A stretch of DNA of 41,701 nt from a virus. Its lineage: Duplodnaviria; Caudoviricetes. A program made the translations under genes and the position numbers. The notes under the pieces were generated by a model that saw only the letters and a program-made list of their open reading frames with translations, did no database searches and was not told the origin of the DNA. Location: IMG/VR virus record IMGVR_UViG_3300024232_000007, positions 1 through 41,701 of that record; one strand, written 5' to 3'. Positions 26,527 to 34,561 of the stretch are shown here, piece after piece (the stretch's first letter is position 1; the number at the start of each line of letters is the position of its first letter).

Positions 26527-26786
26527 TTCCCCACCGCCTTCTCGATCCGGTCAATCGACTCTTGATTCTTCCGCATGTGCTCTCTCAGTTCCGCCCGGTC
26601 GTCGATGCTGATCTTGTTCTGGGCCTTGATGATCTCAATCTGTTCTTTCAAGCCCTTGGTCATCGTGTCTTTAACGGCATTCGCAACAAACAGGGCAACC
26701 AGGAACAGAGCAATCGTGCTGATCGCCCACACCTTCAGGGCATTCCAGATCTGCTTTAGCGTGTGATCCACTTCGTGCAGCGCCAC
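26523..26786 (-). CDS. Single-TM coiled-coil protein (holin/spanin-like candidate)
   Basis: TM segment VWAISTIALFLVALFVA followed by a heptad tail. Confidence 0.55.
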   Translation of the reverse strand: MALHEVDHTLKQIWNALKVWAISTIALFLVALFVANAVKDTMTKGLKEQIEIIKAQNKISIDDRAELREHMRKNQESIDRIEKAVGK

Positions 26787-26787
26787 G

Positions 26788-27111
26788 CTACTTGGGAATA
26801 ATTCGATGCTCGCCAGTCTTATCGCCCATGCGGTCCACAGCGTCAGTGAGTGCCTCAATCGAGCCTTCTAGCTTTGTAAGTGCGACTGCGTTCTCGCGTA
26901 AGACCGTTCCCTTGTCGTGTGCGATGTCGGCGAGCTGGCCGAACAGCCGGTCGATCTGCTTTTCGGATCGCTCGTTCTGTTCCTTGAGTTGCCTCTGGTT
27001 CAGCACTAGCACGGTGATGGCCGCGCCCATGCTCCCGAGGCTGGTGATCAGTTGTATGAATGTGCCGTCAAACAAACTGGGTTGTTGTGCTGCGAAAAAA
27101 ATCCACTGCAT
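26788..27111 (-). CDS. Single-TM coiled-coil protein (BhlA/UviB-like holin candidate)
   Basis: N-terminal TM followed by coiled coil. Confidence 0.55.
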   Translation of the reverse strand: MQWIFFAAQQPSLFDGTFIQLITSLGSMGAAITVLVLNQRQLKEQNERSEKQIDRLFGQLADIAHDKGTVLRENAVALTKLEGSIEALTDAVDRMGDKTGEHRIIPK

Positions 27112-27269
27112 CGTGTCGCACTCCGGGTCAGATTTCGGTTCTTACCCCAGAGCAGACTTTTTCTTTCGGTTTTTTGGTAGAAAAGACGATCACTATCTTG
27201 GTGGGCCATCGCAAGTGGCTCATCTACGTCCGGGGTGAGCATCGCAAGTGCAAGCCCCGGGCGGTCCTG

Positions 27270-27512
27270 TTATTTGCCTGCTGGCCGCTTATCAAGCCCC
27301 TTGTCGGCCAACAGATCCGCTACATCATCGATGTGAAGACAGTCGACCATACAGGCGTAGTCGTTCGCGTTCTGGACAATTGCAATGTTCCCGTTGCAGT
27401 AGTCGTTGCCGGGAACTGCGCTGTGAAGCACGCCAAAGGCGACGACTTTGCCGCCCTCTAGCTTCACGACCTTGTCGCCGTTTTTCGCTTCTCTGCCGTT
27501 ACGGTAGTGCAT
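27270..27512 (-). CDS. Hypothetical phage protein
   Basis: MHYRNGREAKNGDKVV; strong GAGGAG RBS. Confidence 0.75.
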   Translation of the reverse strand: MHYRNGREAKNGDKVVKLEGGKVVAFGVLHSAVPGNDYCNGNIAIVQNANDYACMVDCLHIDDVADLLADKGLDKRPAGK

Positions 27513-27558
27513 GGCTCTCTCCTCTTAGGCTCGTTCACAGCGGGCCTGGCGGGCGGTG

Positions 27559-27783
27559 CTATTTCTTCTTGTCGATGTCGATTCTGCTTCCGCAGTGCTC
27601 GCAAGGCTTTTCGAGGTTGGGGAAGAATGCCGGCCTCCAGCAGTGCCCGTTGCTGCATCGCCCGGTTGGCGAGCCAGCCTCTTCCCACTGCCGGAATTCT
27701 TCGACAGAGGCAAAACCTAATCCTCCGGCAGCCTCTGCCTCGCTAACCACCCTGCCGCCAATGTCGTGCCTGCGACCGCTCAC
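27559..27783 (-). CDS. Small Cys-containing protein
   Basis: GTGA coupling; CSNGHC..CEHCG. Confidence 0.5.
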   Translation of the reverse strand: MSGRRHDIGGRVVSEAEAAGGLGFASVEEFRQWEEAGSPTGRCSNGHCWRPAFFPNLEKPCEHCGSRIDIDKKK

Positions 27784-28010
27784 CCCGTCACCGCCGGCGC
27801 CGTCTTGCCCGTGAGCTTGTTTAACCAATCGAGGATGTGCTGAAGCTCCTCCTGCACGAATCCGATCTTGTTGATTCGCGGAATGAGGATCTGAGCCATC
27901 GCGACCCACGGCGCAGCCTCTGGCACTAATGGCACAAGCTGACCTAAGAGCTGAACGCCTTGCTTCTCAACCAGTTCGATCGTTAGGAATGGGAATTCTG
28001 ATAGGGTCAT
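27780..28010 (-). CDS. Small amphipathic protein
   Basis: Clean ORF with a hydrophobic/amphipathic composition. Confidence 0.65.
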   Translation of the reverse strand: MTLSEFPFLTIELVEKQGVQLLGQLVPLVPEAAPWVAMAQILIPRINKIGFVQEELQHILDWLNKLTGKTAPAVTG

Positions 28011-28165
28011 TTGGCTCTCAAGAGGTTAAACCCGACCAGAGCCTTAGCCGAACTCTGGCCGGGCGACCGACTGACTAGCGAAGCAATAGGAGGTTGCGTC
28101 CAACATGATTCGGCCCGGCTGGAGCGCGATTAAGACCCGCGCCGGGCTTCCACAGCTACAAGCTG

Positions 28166-28399
28166 TCAGGTTCCCACTGGGTAAGTCTTCGCGCTGAACC
28201 CATCAGGGTTGCTCGCATCAGGGACAACCAGGTCGGCCGTTCCGTCGGCATTGACAAAGATTGTGCCGGCTCCAAGCGACTTCACGAACGCCTGAGCGTC
28301 TACGCCTTCGGTTGCCACGTCGGCGGCTTCCTTGGCGAGGTCTTCCGCGATGTTGCTCTTGTCCGTTTTCACTGCCGCATATTGTGCTGCGAGGCCCAC
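28166..28399 (-). CDS. Small acidic protein
   Basis: GTG with an AGGAG RBS. Confidence 0.7.
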   Translation of the reverse strand: MGLAAQYAAVKTDKSNIAEDLAKEAADVATEGVDAQAFVKSLGAGTIFVNADGTADLVVPDASNPDGFSAKTYPVGT

Positions 28400-28571
28400 G
28401 CTTGTTCTCCTGTTAGAAATTGCGACCCTACTGTGTGGTTGCCACCTGAACGATCAGCGTGTCAGGGCTGGCCGTCTCCTGCGGTGCCCCCAGGATGGCG
28501 CGGTTCGGTTAAATCGCGCCCCTGCCGGCCCTCGAACGTTAGCCGCGCACAATAAGCCGGCGGTGCTCCCA

Positions 28572-29384
28572 TCAAAACTGAACCATCACCCCAAAACTCA
28601 CCTGTACCCGCAGCCGGCCGAACAGCCTCTGAAGCGGGTGGAAGCCACGGCGTGCCGGCCAGATCCGCTCCGCTAGAACCGGGTGGCCGGGCGCGCTGGG
28701 CACGCACTGAGGAAAGCCCGCGGAAGTCGTCGCTTTATTGAGTTGACTGATTCGGCTCTTGCTTGGCTGCCCTGAGACAGAATCAGAAGGTGATTGGGGC
28801 GACGGCGCCGCAGGCTTGGATTCGATTGGCTTGGGAGGCTGCGTGCCCAACTGCATGCCGAACTGAGCCACTGAGCCGTAATAGTGCTTGGCCGGGTCGT
28901 CAGTCACGACGCCCTGCCATGTTGAAACCGTGTGCCAGGCTCCGAGCTGATGGTATCCAATCTCGCACAGATCCGGGGCAAGGATCAGCGCCCGGTGCGC
29001 TGGGCTACACAGCCAAGCGTGGAGGGCTTGTGCCATCGTCGCAAATGGTCCTGCGGCACATTGGCCATAGCCGCCAAGGTAGTGGTGTCCGAGCCCTCTA
29101 CTTGCCTGCCACTGGTTGTTTTGGCTCGCTGCCGCTTCGAGGTTCTGCCGGCTGGCTACAGGCTGCAATCCGTGCTTCGATCTCTCCGCGTTCAATGTTG
29201 CAACGAAGGATGACGGCGCATCTGAAGCAGAAAGTGTGCCCGGCTGCGACTCGAAAGTCTTCTTTTCCGCATCGCACGCAACGCATGCCGCATCATCCCC
29301 TCTTGCCTGTGCCCACGTGATCGCTCCTATAAGAACAATCCCGCGTTGAGCGACCGTCCATAATCCTAGTTCGATCCGTTTCAA
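28572..29384 (-). CDS. Secreted CAP/SCP-domain protein
   Basis: LNAERSKHGL..HHY..ALHAWLCSPAHRALIL; signal-like N-terminus; TTGA coupling. Confidence 0.8.
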   Translation of the reverse strand: MKRIELGLWTVAQRGIVLIGAITWAQARGDDAACVACDAEKKTFESQPGTLSASDAPSSFVATLNAERSKHGLQPVASRQNLEAAASQNNQWQASRGLGHHYLGGYGQCAAGPFATMAQALHAWLCSPAHRALILAPDLCEIGYHQLGAWHTVSTWQGVVTDDPAKHYYGSVAQFGMQLGTQPPKPIESKPAAPSPQSPSDSVSGQPSKSRISQLNKATTSAGFPQCVPSAPGHPVLAERIWPARRGFHPLQRLFGRLRVQVSFGVMVQF

Positions 29385-29587
29385 GATGCTGACTCCGTTG
29401 TTGATTGGCCCACCTTCAGACATCCCGTGTGGGCAAATTCTTCTCCGTAATTCATCGTGATAGCGCCTGGGAACACCATTTCTCCGAACTGGGTTTCCCA
29501 CCCCTTGGGCAAAGTTGTTGGCGCCGAATGGATTGGCTGTTCGCAGATTCGACAGACTCGTTTATCGCGGGCTTCGGCTACCGTCAT
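29381..29587 (-). CDS. Small Zn-binding protein
   Basis: CRIC...HTGC; ATGA coupling. Confidence 0.6.
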   Translation of the reverse strand: MTVAEARDKRVCRICEQPIHSAPTTLPKGWETQFGEMVFPGAITMNYGEEFAHTGCLKVGQSTTESAS

Positions 29588-29685
29588 CTCTTCCGTTTCT
29601 CCATCCCCAGCGATATCGCCCACATCAGGCCGAACACCAAGAGCGCCTTTGGCCAATGCCGCAGTTCGTTCAAGAAGGCTCTCAT
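29584..29685 (-). CDS. 33-aa amphipathic/TM peptide with a basic tail
   Basis: MRAFLNELRHWPKALLVFGLMWAISLGMEKRKR*; ATGA overlaps at both ends; not in the ORF track. Confidence 0.6.
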   Translation of the reverse strand: MRAFLNELRHWPKALLVFGLMWAISLGMEKRKR

Positions 29686-30128
29686 TGCATCAACGGCGGA
29701 TCAGGTGGAATGACCTGAAGGTCCAAGCCGGCCTTGCCCTCTCCAGGCTTGAACGGGGCCTTTGCGCTACTATCCGGGCTGGGCGCTGGCCGGTTGAGCC
29801 AACTCCAGCCCAAGACAGCGATGACGACTAGCGCGACGCTCGCGAACAGCCATGGGCCTAGCCCGGTTATTTTGGGTCGTCGCCACCGTTGCTTGACGGT
29901 GACGTTTGGCACGGGCACAGGTTCGGGCGGTATAGAAATATGTTGGCCAGTGTCGACGCTCCCTCCCGAAACGATTCGCGGTTGTTCGGGCGGTTTGAAG
30001 CCATCGCCGTAAATCGACTTAAGATAGGCTTCCACTTGTGCTCGCCCGACGTCTTGCATGCCGATCTGATCCGCAACCCAAGTCATATAGTTCGCTCGGC
30101 TTGGGCCAAGAAATCCGTTGCATCTCAT
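29682..30128 (-). CDS. Single-TM membrane protein
   Basis: WLFASVALVVIAVLGWSWL; Pro-rich. Confidence 0.7.
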   Translation of the reverse strand: MRCNGFLGPSRANYMTWVADQIGMQDVGRAQVEAYLKSIYGDGFKPPEQPRIVSGGSVDTGQHISIPPEPVPVPNVTVKQRWRRPKITGLGPWLFASVALVVIAVLGWSWLNRPAPSPDSSAKAPFKPGEGKAGLDLQVIPPDPPLMQ

Positions 30129-30412
30129 GGGGTTTTGGCCGCTTGCGCGCCGGCCGCTTCGATCAAGGCTTGAGCAGCCGCAAGCTGCTGAGCCACAGGT
30201 GACGCCACGGCAACGCCTGGCACCGTCACAACCGTGGCTGATGCTTGCTGGGAAAGTTCGATGTTGAACCCGAGTGGCGAGCTATCGCGGCGAAACGTCT
30301 GGACCGTGTTGTTCGGTCCAGCCATCCATTGAGGGCCAGCTTTGTCGAGCACGGCCAGGATGGGCGCACACGCTGCGTCAAGATTCGCTACAAGGTCGGC
30401 GAATGTCATCAA
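30125..30412 (-). CDS. Ala-rich hypothetical protein
   Basis: Coupled ORF. Confidence 0.65.
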   Translation of the reverse strand: MMTFADLVANLDAACAPILAVLDKAGPQWMAGPNNTVQTFRRDSSPLGFNIELSQQASATVVTVPGVAVASPVAQQLAAAQALIEAAGAQAAKTP

Positions 30413-30786
30413 ACTGCCTTGGTTGGGCTCGGTGGCGGAACGCGGTAATTCGGATCAGCCATCGTGGCTTCTTGTGGTTGGAATTGCGCCGACCGCTGGG
30501 CCAAAATTGCTTCCGCGAGGTCTTGCTGATCAAGCGAATTCGCGTTGTTGACCATGAGCATGTCAGACAACATCGCGAAGTTCTGCCGTCCCTTTTCGAG
30601 CAACACTGTCACTCCGGACAGAAGCTGTGCCGCGATTTCGTCAGCGAAGCGCTCGCGACGCAGGTGGCCAGCCGCAGTGCCGGTCAGCAGATTGGCTCCA
30701 GTGAGCGCGACGAGAGCGGGGTCAATCGAGCTTCCGCCGAATGTGACCGTCCCGCCTGTAAGTGTCCCCGTCCCTTCGATGCCCAT
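30409..30786 (-). CDS. Hypothetical helical protein
   Basis: Coupled ORF after the protease gene. Confidence 0.7.
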   Translation of the reverse strand: MGIEGTGTLTGGTVTFGGSSIDPALVALTGANLLTGTAAGHLRRERFADEIAAQLLSGVTVLLEKGRQNFAMLSDMLMVNNANSLDQQDLAEAILAQRSAQFQPQEATMADPNYRVPPPSPTKAV

Positions 30787-30789
30787 GAA

Positions 30790-31926
30790 TCACTTCCCTT
30801 GGGTTGAAGATGCTAGCTTTGCTTCCAACGCTGCGAGACGCGAGACAATCGCTTTGTCGGCCACGTCGATGTTTACGGTGCTGCCAAGTTGAGCCGGGGC
30901 CGTTGATGTCGTGCCGTCTGACTTGACCACGTTGAACGTGATCGGCCTCGTGATCGCGTTTGTGAGCTTTTCGCTGATGCCGGCTTGTTTCTGCGCGGCT
31001 GTCTCGAGTGCTGCCAGTCTGCTCAGCACCGCACTGAGGTCTGCCGCAGGGGCATCCTTGCCCGCTGGACCGATTGGACCTACAGGGCCTTGTGGTCCGA
31101 CTGGACCTGCTACGGCTGGTACCGGTGGTGGCGTGACGGCTGCGGGAGGGCTGGACGGTGGCGTGCTCGGCTCAACCTGCACGACGTTCGGGGCGTTGTC
31201 CCACTTCTTGATTTTGAAGAAGAACGGCGAGAACGTGACGATCTTGCCACGGCTGCCCGGCGTGCCTGGGGTTTGGTCGGTTAGCGTGACATTAAGAAAT
31301 CGGTGTACCTTGGCAGTGCTAACCCCCATCGCGCCACTAGCTCCCGAAGATCCCCATAGAACCCCGGCAAACTCTCCTTGCTCATTGAAAATGCCACCAC
31401 CGCTGTCTCCCGATTCGGCGCCGAAACTGAAAGCATGATCTGGGCTTGAGTCGCCTCGGGGCGTGGCATATCCGGTGAGTCTGCCTTCGTGCTTGTGGAG
31501 TCTGCCATTGGAGCCGAATCCGATCATTATCGATCGCGACGGAGCCGCACCGGCCAACCTAAGATCTGGGAAAGAGCCTGGGATATTTGCCGCAACTGCT
31601 GCGATGTCACCTTCGGTTCCGGTTGCGAGGAATCGCGCGGGATAAGATGCATTTCGATGTCGCACCGAGATGCCTTCTCTCGCTTGCCCGAGGACGTGGC
31701 GCGCCGTGAGGATGAGCCGCTCTCCGGTTTCGCCCGTCCCGACGATCGTACCGCTCCCGAGGCTTTGGCTTTGGCCACGATCCACCACCACCCTTACGGC
31801 GTAGTCACGCCACTGAGGCTCGTTAGATTCAATCCGGGTCCGCACTGGTGGATCAACTGGCCGGGCACAACTGCCGCCGGGGCATTGCTGGCCGATCATC
31901 GCAGCGATGAGGAGAAGTCCAGTCAC
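30790..31926 (-). CDS. Secreted trypsin-like (S1) serine protease with collagen-like repeat and coiled coil
   Basis: Signal peptide; ILTARHV, GDIA and GDSGGG triad; GPVGPQGPVGPIGPAG. Confidence 0.9.
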   Translation of the reverse strand: MTGLLLIAAMIGQQCPGGSCARPVDPPVRTRIESNEPQWRDYAVRVVVDRGQSQSLGSGTIVGTGETGERLILTARHVLGQAREGISVRHRNASYPARFLATGTEGDIAAVAANIPGSFPDLRLAGAAPSRSIMIGFGSNGRLHKHEGRLTGYATPRGDSSPDHAFSFGAESGDSGGGIFNEQGEFAGVLWGSSGASGAMGVSTAKVHRFLNVTLTDQTPGTPGSRGKIVTFSPFFFKIKKWDNAPNVVQVEPSTPPSSPPAAVTPPPVPAVAGPVGPQGPVGPIGPAGKDAPAADLSAVLSRLAALETAAQKQAGISEKLTNAITRPITFNVVKSDGTTSTAPAQLGSTVNIDVADKAIVSRLAALEAKLASSTQGK

Positions 31927-32258
31927 TTCAGCGGTCCCTCAAAGAGCCTGTTGGCTTCAATCGTTTCTTCAAGCCGGTCCATGATTTCACGCTTCTGCGG
32001 ACCGTAGACCCAAATATCAACTAGCGGGCCGACTCCGAGGCATGCTGCGCCCGGGTTGTACCTGTAGCAGGTCATCTCCGGTCCAACTCCAAGCAACCTA
32101 TCCCGCTGCCACATCGCGTCAATCGTCTTCAGTTCGCGATTGTACGGGTTGTCAACTCGGTACTTCGCCCACATCTGCTCTCGCGCAATGTGCTCAAGTC
32201 GCGGCCCAAGAGCCGTGGCCAAAAGCACTCCAGCGATAAAAGCAGTCTTGTGGGTCAT
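31923..32258 (-). CDS. Signal-peptide/TM hypothetical protein
   Basis: Hydrophobic N-terminus; ATGA coupling. Confidence 0.6.
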   Translation of the reverse strand: MTHKTAFIAGVLLATALGPRLEHIAREQMWAKYRVDNPYNRELKTIDAMWQRDRLLGVGPEMTCYRYNPGAACLGVGPLVDIWVYGPQKREIMDRLEETIEANRLFEGPLK

Positions 32259-32355
32259 TCAAACTCTTTCCAGTAAAGCCAACCAATGACGATTACGCCG
32301 AGCACAACGGCCAGAACGATCCTTGCCGCGATCGGAAGGAAGGAGGGGAGATAGG

Positions 32356-32748
32356 CTATTTCGCCTTCTTCAGCCTGGGCTTGAATTTCGGGGCGCCCTT
32401 GGGCTGCTGCTTCTTCGCGGCATCGGTAGCATCCGAGTGAATCGCTTTCTTCGTCGTGTGCAGTCGCCAGTGATCCGGGTGGCTGCTCCAACCGCAGTCC
32501 AGGCAATATACTACCTTCCCGATGGAAACCTTCTTCGGGTGGATGCACTGTCGAGCCTGAGAGCCACTCATCACGAGCTCGAGCCAATCGAGATTGCCGG
32601 TCGCCTCGAGATAATCCTTCGCTGCCTTCAGCCCAACCTGAACGGTTCGTTGAGAGCGCTCGGTCAGCCCGGCTATCTCTCGCGTCGTCAGGCCGTTCGT
32701 CTGGTGAAGCAGCCATACAAGCCCTTGGCGAATTCTTTTGCTGATCAA
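32356..32748 (-). CDS. HTH plus Zn-finger protein, candidate late-gene regulator
   Basis: GLTTREIAGLTERSQRTVQ HTH; C.H..CLDC; first gene of the late block. Confidence 0.6.
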   Translation of the reverse strand: MISKRIRQGLVWLLHQTNGLTTREIAGLTERSQRTVQVGLKAAKDYLEATGNLDWLELVMSGSQARQCIHPKKVSIGKVVYCLDCGWSSHPDHWRLHTTKKAIHSDATDAAKKQQPKGAPKFKPRLKKAK

Positions 32749-32856
32749 TCCTTGGGTCCATCCACTGGAGCGGTCCGAGGACCGGATGCCAGTCTAGTAC
32801 GCCATGAATGCGCGTGGGCTGCCGTCGGCGCCTAGTGTCACGGTTAGGCATTGAAT

Positions 32857-33021
32857 CAGTACGCACACAAACGCGCACGGCGCACAGTACGGACAATACG
32901 GACAGGCTTTTTTGCCCGGAAAACGCAATAAAGCCGAAATCGCAACAGCGGGATGGGCTACATGCCATAACGCAACAATCACGCGAAAACCGCTTAGAAT
33001 TTGACGATTTACTCAAACTCT
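32857..33021. other. Candidate attP
   Basis: Non-coding region beside the integrase. Arm-like repeats CAGTACGCAC/CAGTACGGAC/AATACGGACA; core-like inverted repeat AGAATTTGA-8 nt-TCAAACTCT (32996-33021). Confidence 0.5.
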
Positions 33022-33132
33022 GTCAGGGAATTGGCATTGAACTCGCCCCGAAATTGTTTCGCGGCTTTCCTTGAGCCGGCGCCATTGCTGGGGTATATAC
33101 CGAACACGGGATTCGTCAGGGAGGATGTCAAC

Positions 33133-34167
33133 ATGGCCCGCAAATCCACAATCTGGCCGCGCAAGGGCAGAGGCTACTGGTCGACAATCCGGGGCCAACA
33201 GGTCTTTCTCGGCAACGATCTCAAATCAGCCAAGCGTGAATTTGAGCGCCGCCAACTCGAGCGCGCGACGACACAGCCGGGCCGGCATACTGTGCCGCAG
33301 CTCTGCAAAATATACCTGGCATGGTCGAAGGGCGAAGTAAAGCCGGCCACCCAGCGCAACTACCGCTACGCGCTCTCGGCATGGGCTGCGGACTACTACG
33401 ACGTTAAGCCGCGCGACCTACGGGCCTACCACGTCACGCGGTGGCTTGCGGCTCATCCCGAGTGGAATGTGACGACCAAATGTTTGCGCGCTCGGTGCGT
33501 GAAAATCTGGTCGGCCTGGTGCGACGCTGAAGGCTACCTTGACGGAGATCGGCTGCGGAAGGCTCGACTGCCAACGCCCCTGACTCGCGAGCCAGTTCCG
33601 GTCGAGGATCTTGAGCGGTTAGACCGCGCCATCACGTGCCCATCGTTTGGCGCATTCTTCCGCGTTCTGTTCGACACAGGAGCGAGGCCGGACGAGATTG
33701 CGACCCTTGAGGCTGGCCGAATCGACTGGGCGGCGCACACGGCCGTTGTGGTCGGCAAGAAAGGCCCACGGCTGATCGGGATAACGCCTCGCTGCATCGC
33801 GATTCTGCGGGAGGAAGCCAAGGCTTGCCCGTCCGGTCCGATCCTGAGAACGCCGCGCGGGTCCGTCTGGAGCGAAATGAATCAAAAACGGCACATGGAT
33901 CGATGGCAGATCGTTTCCAAGGCGAGCACCCATCTGACGCCATACGATTGCCGGCACTCCCTCTGGCGTCGGTGGCATGCCGCCGGAATCTCCGATATCG
34001 TCATATCTCGACAAATGGGGCACAGCCTGCGAGGAGCGCCCTCCCTTTCTTTGCTGAACTCAACCTACGGCCATGCTGGCGCTTCTGAGCTATCGGCTGC
34101 GGCTCTTGCGGTTGAGCAGGCTGCAAGCGCTGCCGCCGCAGCCACTCGACCGCTTCGGATAGGATGA
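33133..34167 (+). CDS. int: Tyrosine integrase
   Basis: TGARPDE (R), GKKG (K), PYDCRH, QMGH and STYGH (Y) motifs; GGAGG RBS before ATG 33133. Confidence 0.92.
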   Translation: MARKSTIWPRKGRGYWSTIRGQQVFLGNDLKSAKREFERRQLERATTQPGRHTVPQLCKIYLAWSKGEVKPATQRNYRYALSAWAADYYDVKPRDLRAYHVTRWLAAHPEWNVTTKCLRARCVKIWSAWCDAEGYLDGDRLRKARLPTPLTREPVPVEDLERLDRAITCPSFGAFFRVLFDTGARPDEIATLEAGRIDWAAHTAVVVGKKGPRLIGITPRCIAILREEAKACPSGPILRTPRGSVWSEMNQKRHMDRWQIVSKASTHLTPYDCRHSLWRRWHAAGISDIVISRQMGHSLRGAPSLSLLNSTYGHAGASELSAAALAVEQAASAAAAATRPLRIG

Positions 34168-34306
34168 ACCTCACGTTTCGGTTTCCACCCAGCGGATAAG
34201 ATGGCAGCGGGTCTTCTTTGCGCAAGCGGTACTTGCTCACCGTGCTTTTGCACACGCCGAGCGCGATGCAAACTTCCTTGGCGTCACAGAAAACTGGTTC
34301 ACTCAC
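34001..34306 (-). CDS. Excisionase/AlpA-like HTH protein
   Basis: DAKEVCIALGVCKSTV..LPSYPLGG..VRFILSEAVEWL; converges on int. Confidence 0.75.
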   Translation of the reverse strand: MSEPVFCDAKEVCIALGVCKSTVSKYRLRKEDPLPSYPLGGNRNVRFILSEAVEWLRRQRLQPAQPQEPQPIAQKRQHGRRLSSAKKGRALLAGCAPFVEI

Positions 34307-34561
34307 CTGGCGCCTCCTGGTGCTGGCTGTCCTAAATTCCAGTCATAAGCTTTGTTCAGCCACTTCAAAATTGGAGCCTCTAGCGGAAGCCAATCGACGT
34401 ACGGCATGCTGTAATGGCCGTTACGCCAGTCCCACCACTCGTCGCTGTTGCGTCCACTCGTCACATTGAATCGACAACGACTTTCCACAGATCGGGCACA
34501 CCGCGATTTCGAGCGGAACAACTAGCACGGCCGACGTCTCAACCATGGTTCTCGCGCTCAT
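34303..34561 (-). pseudogene. Frameshifted hypothetical gene
   Basis: N-part MSART..VCPICG..CDEWTQ (34421-34561) and C-part SDEWWDW..MPYVDWLP are in different frames; each outer end is coupled to a neighbouring gene. Confidence 0.55.

Noticed and set aside
30125-30786. R-body (Reb)-like or RiPP precursor proteins
   Set aside because: Only a compositional resemblance (Ala/Gln-rich); no family motif or modifying enzymes.
32361-33016. Upstream part of the 253-aa minus-strand ORF
   Set aside because: Runs across the att-like region and overlaps the HTH gene; only the TM tail looks protein-like.
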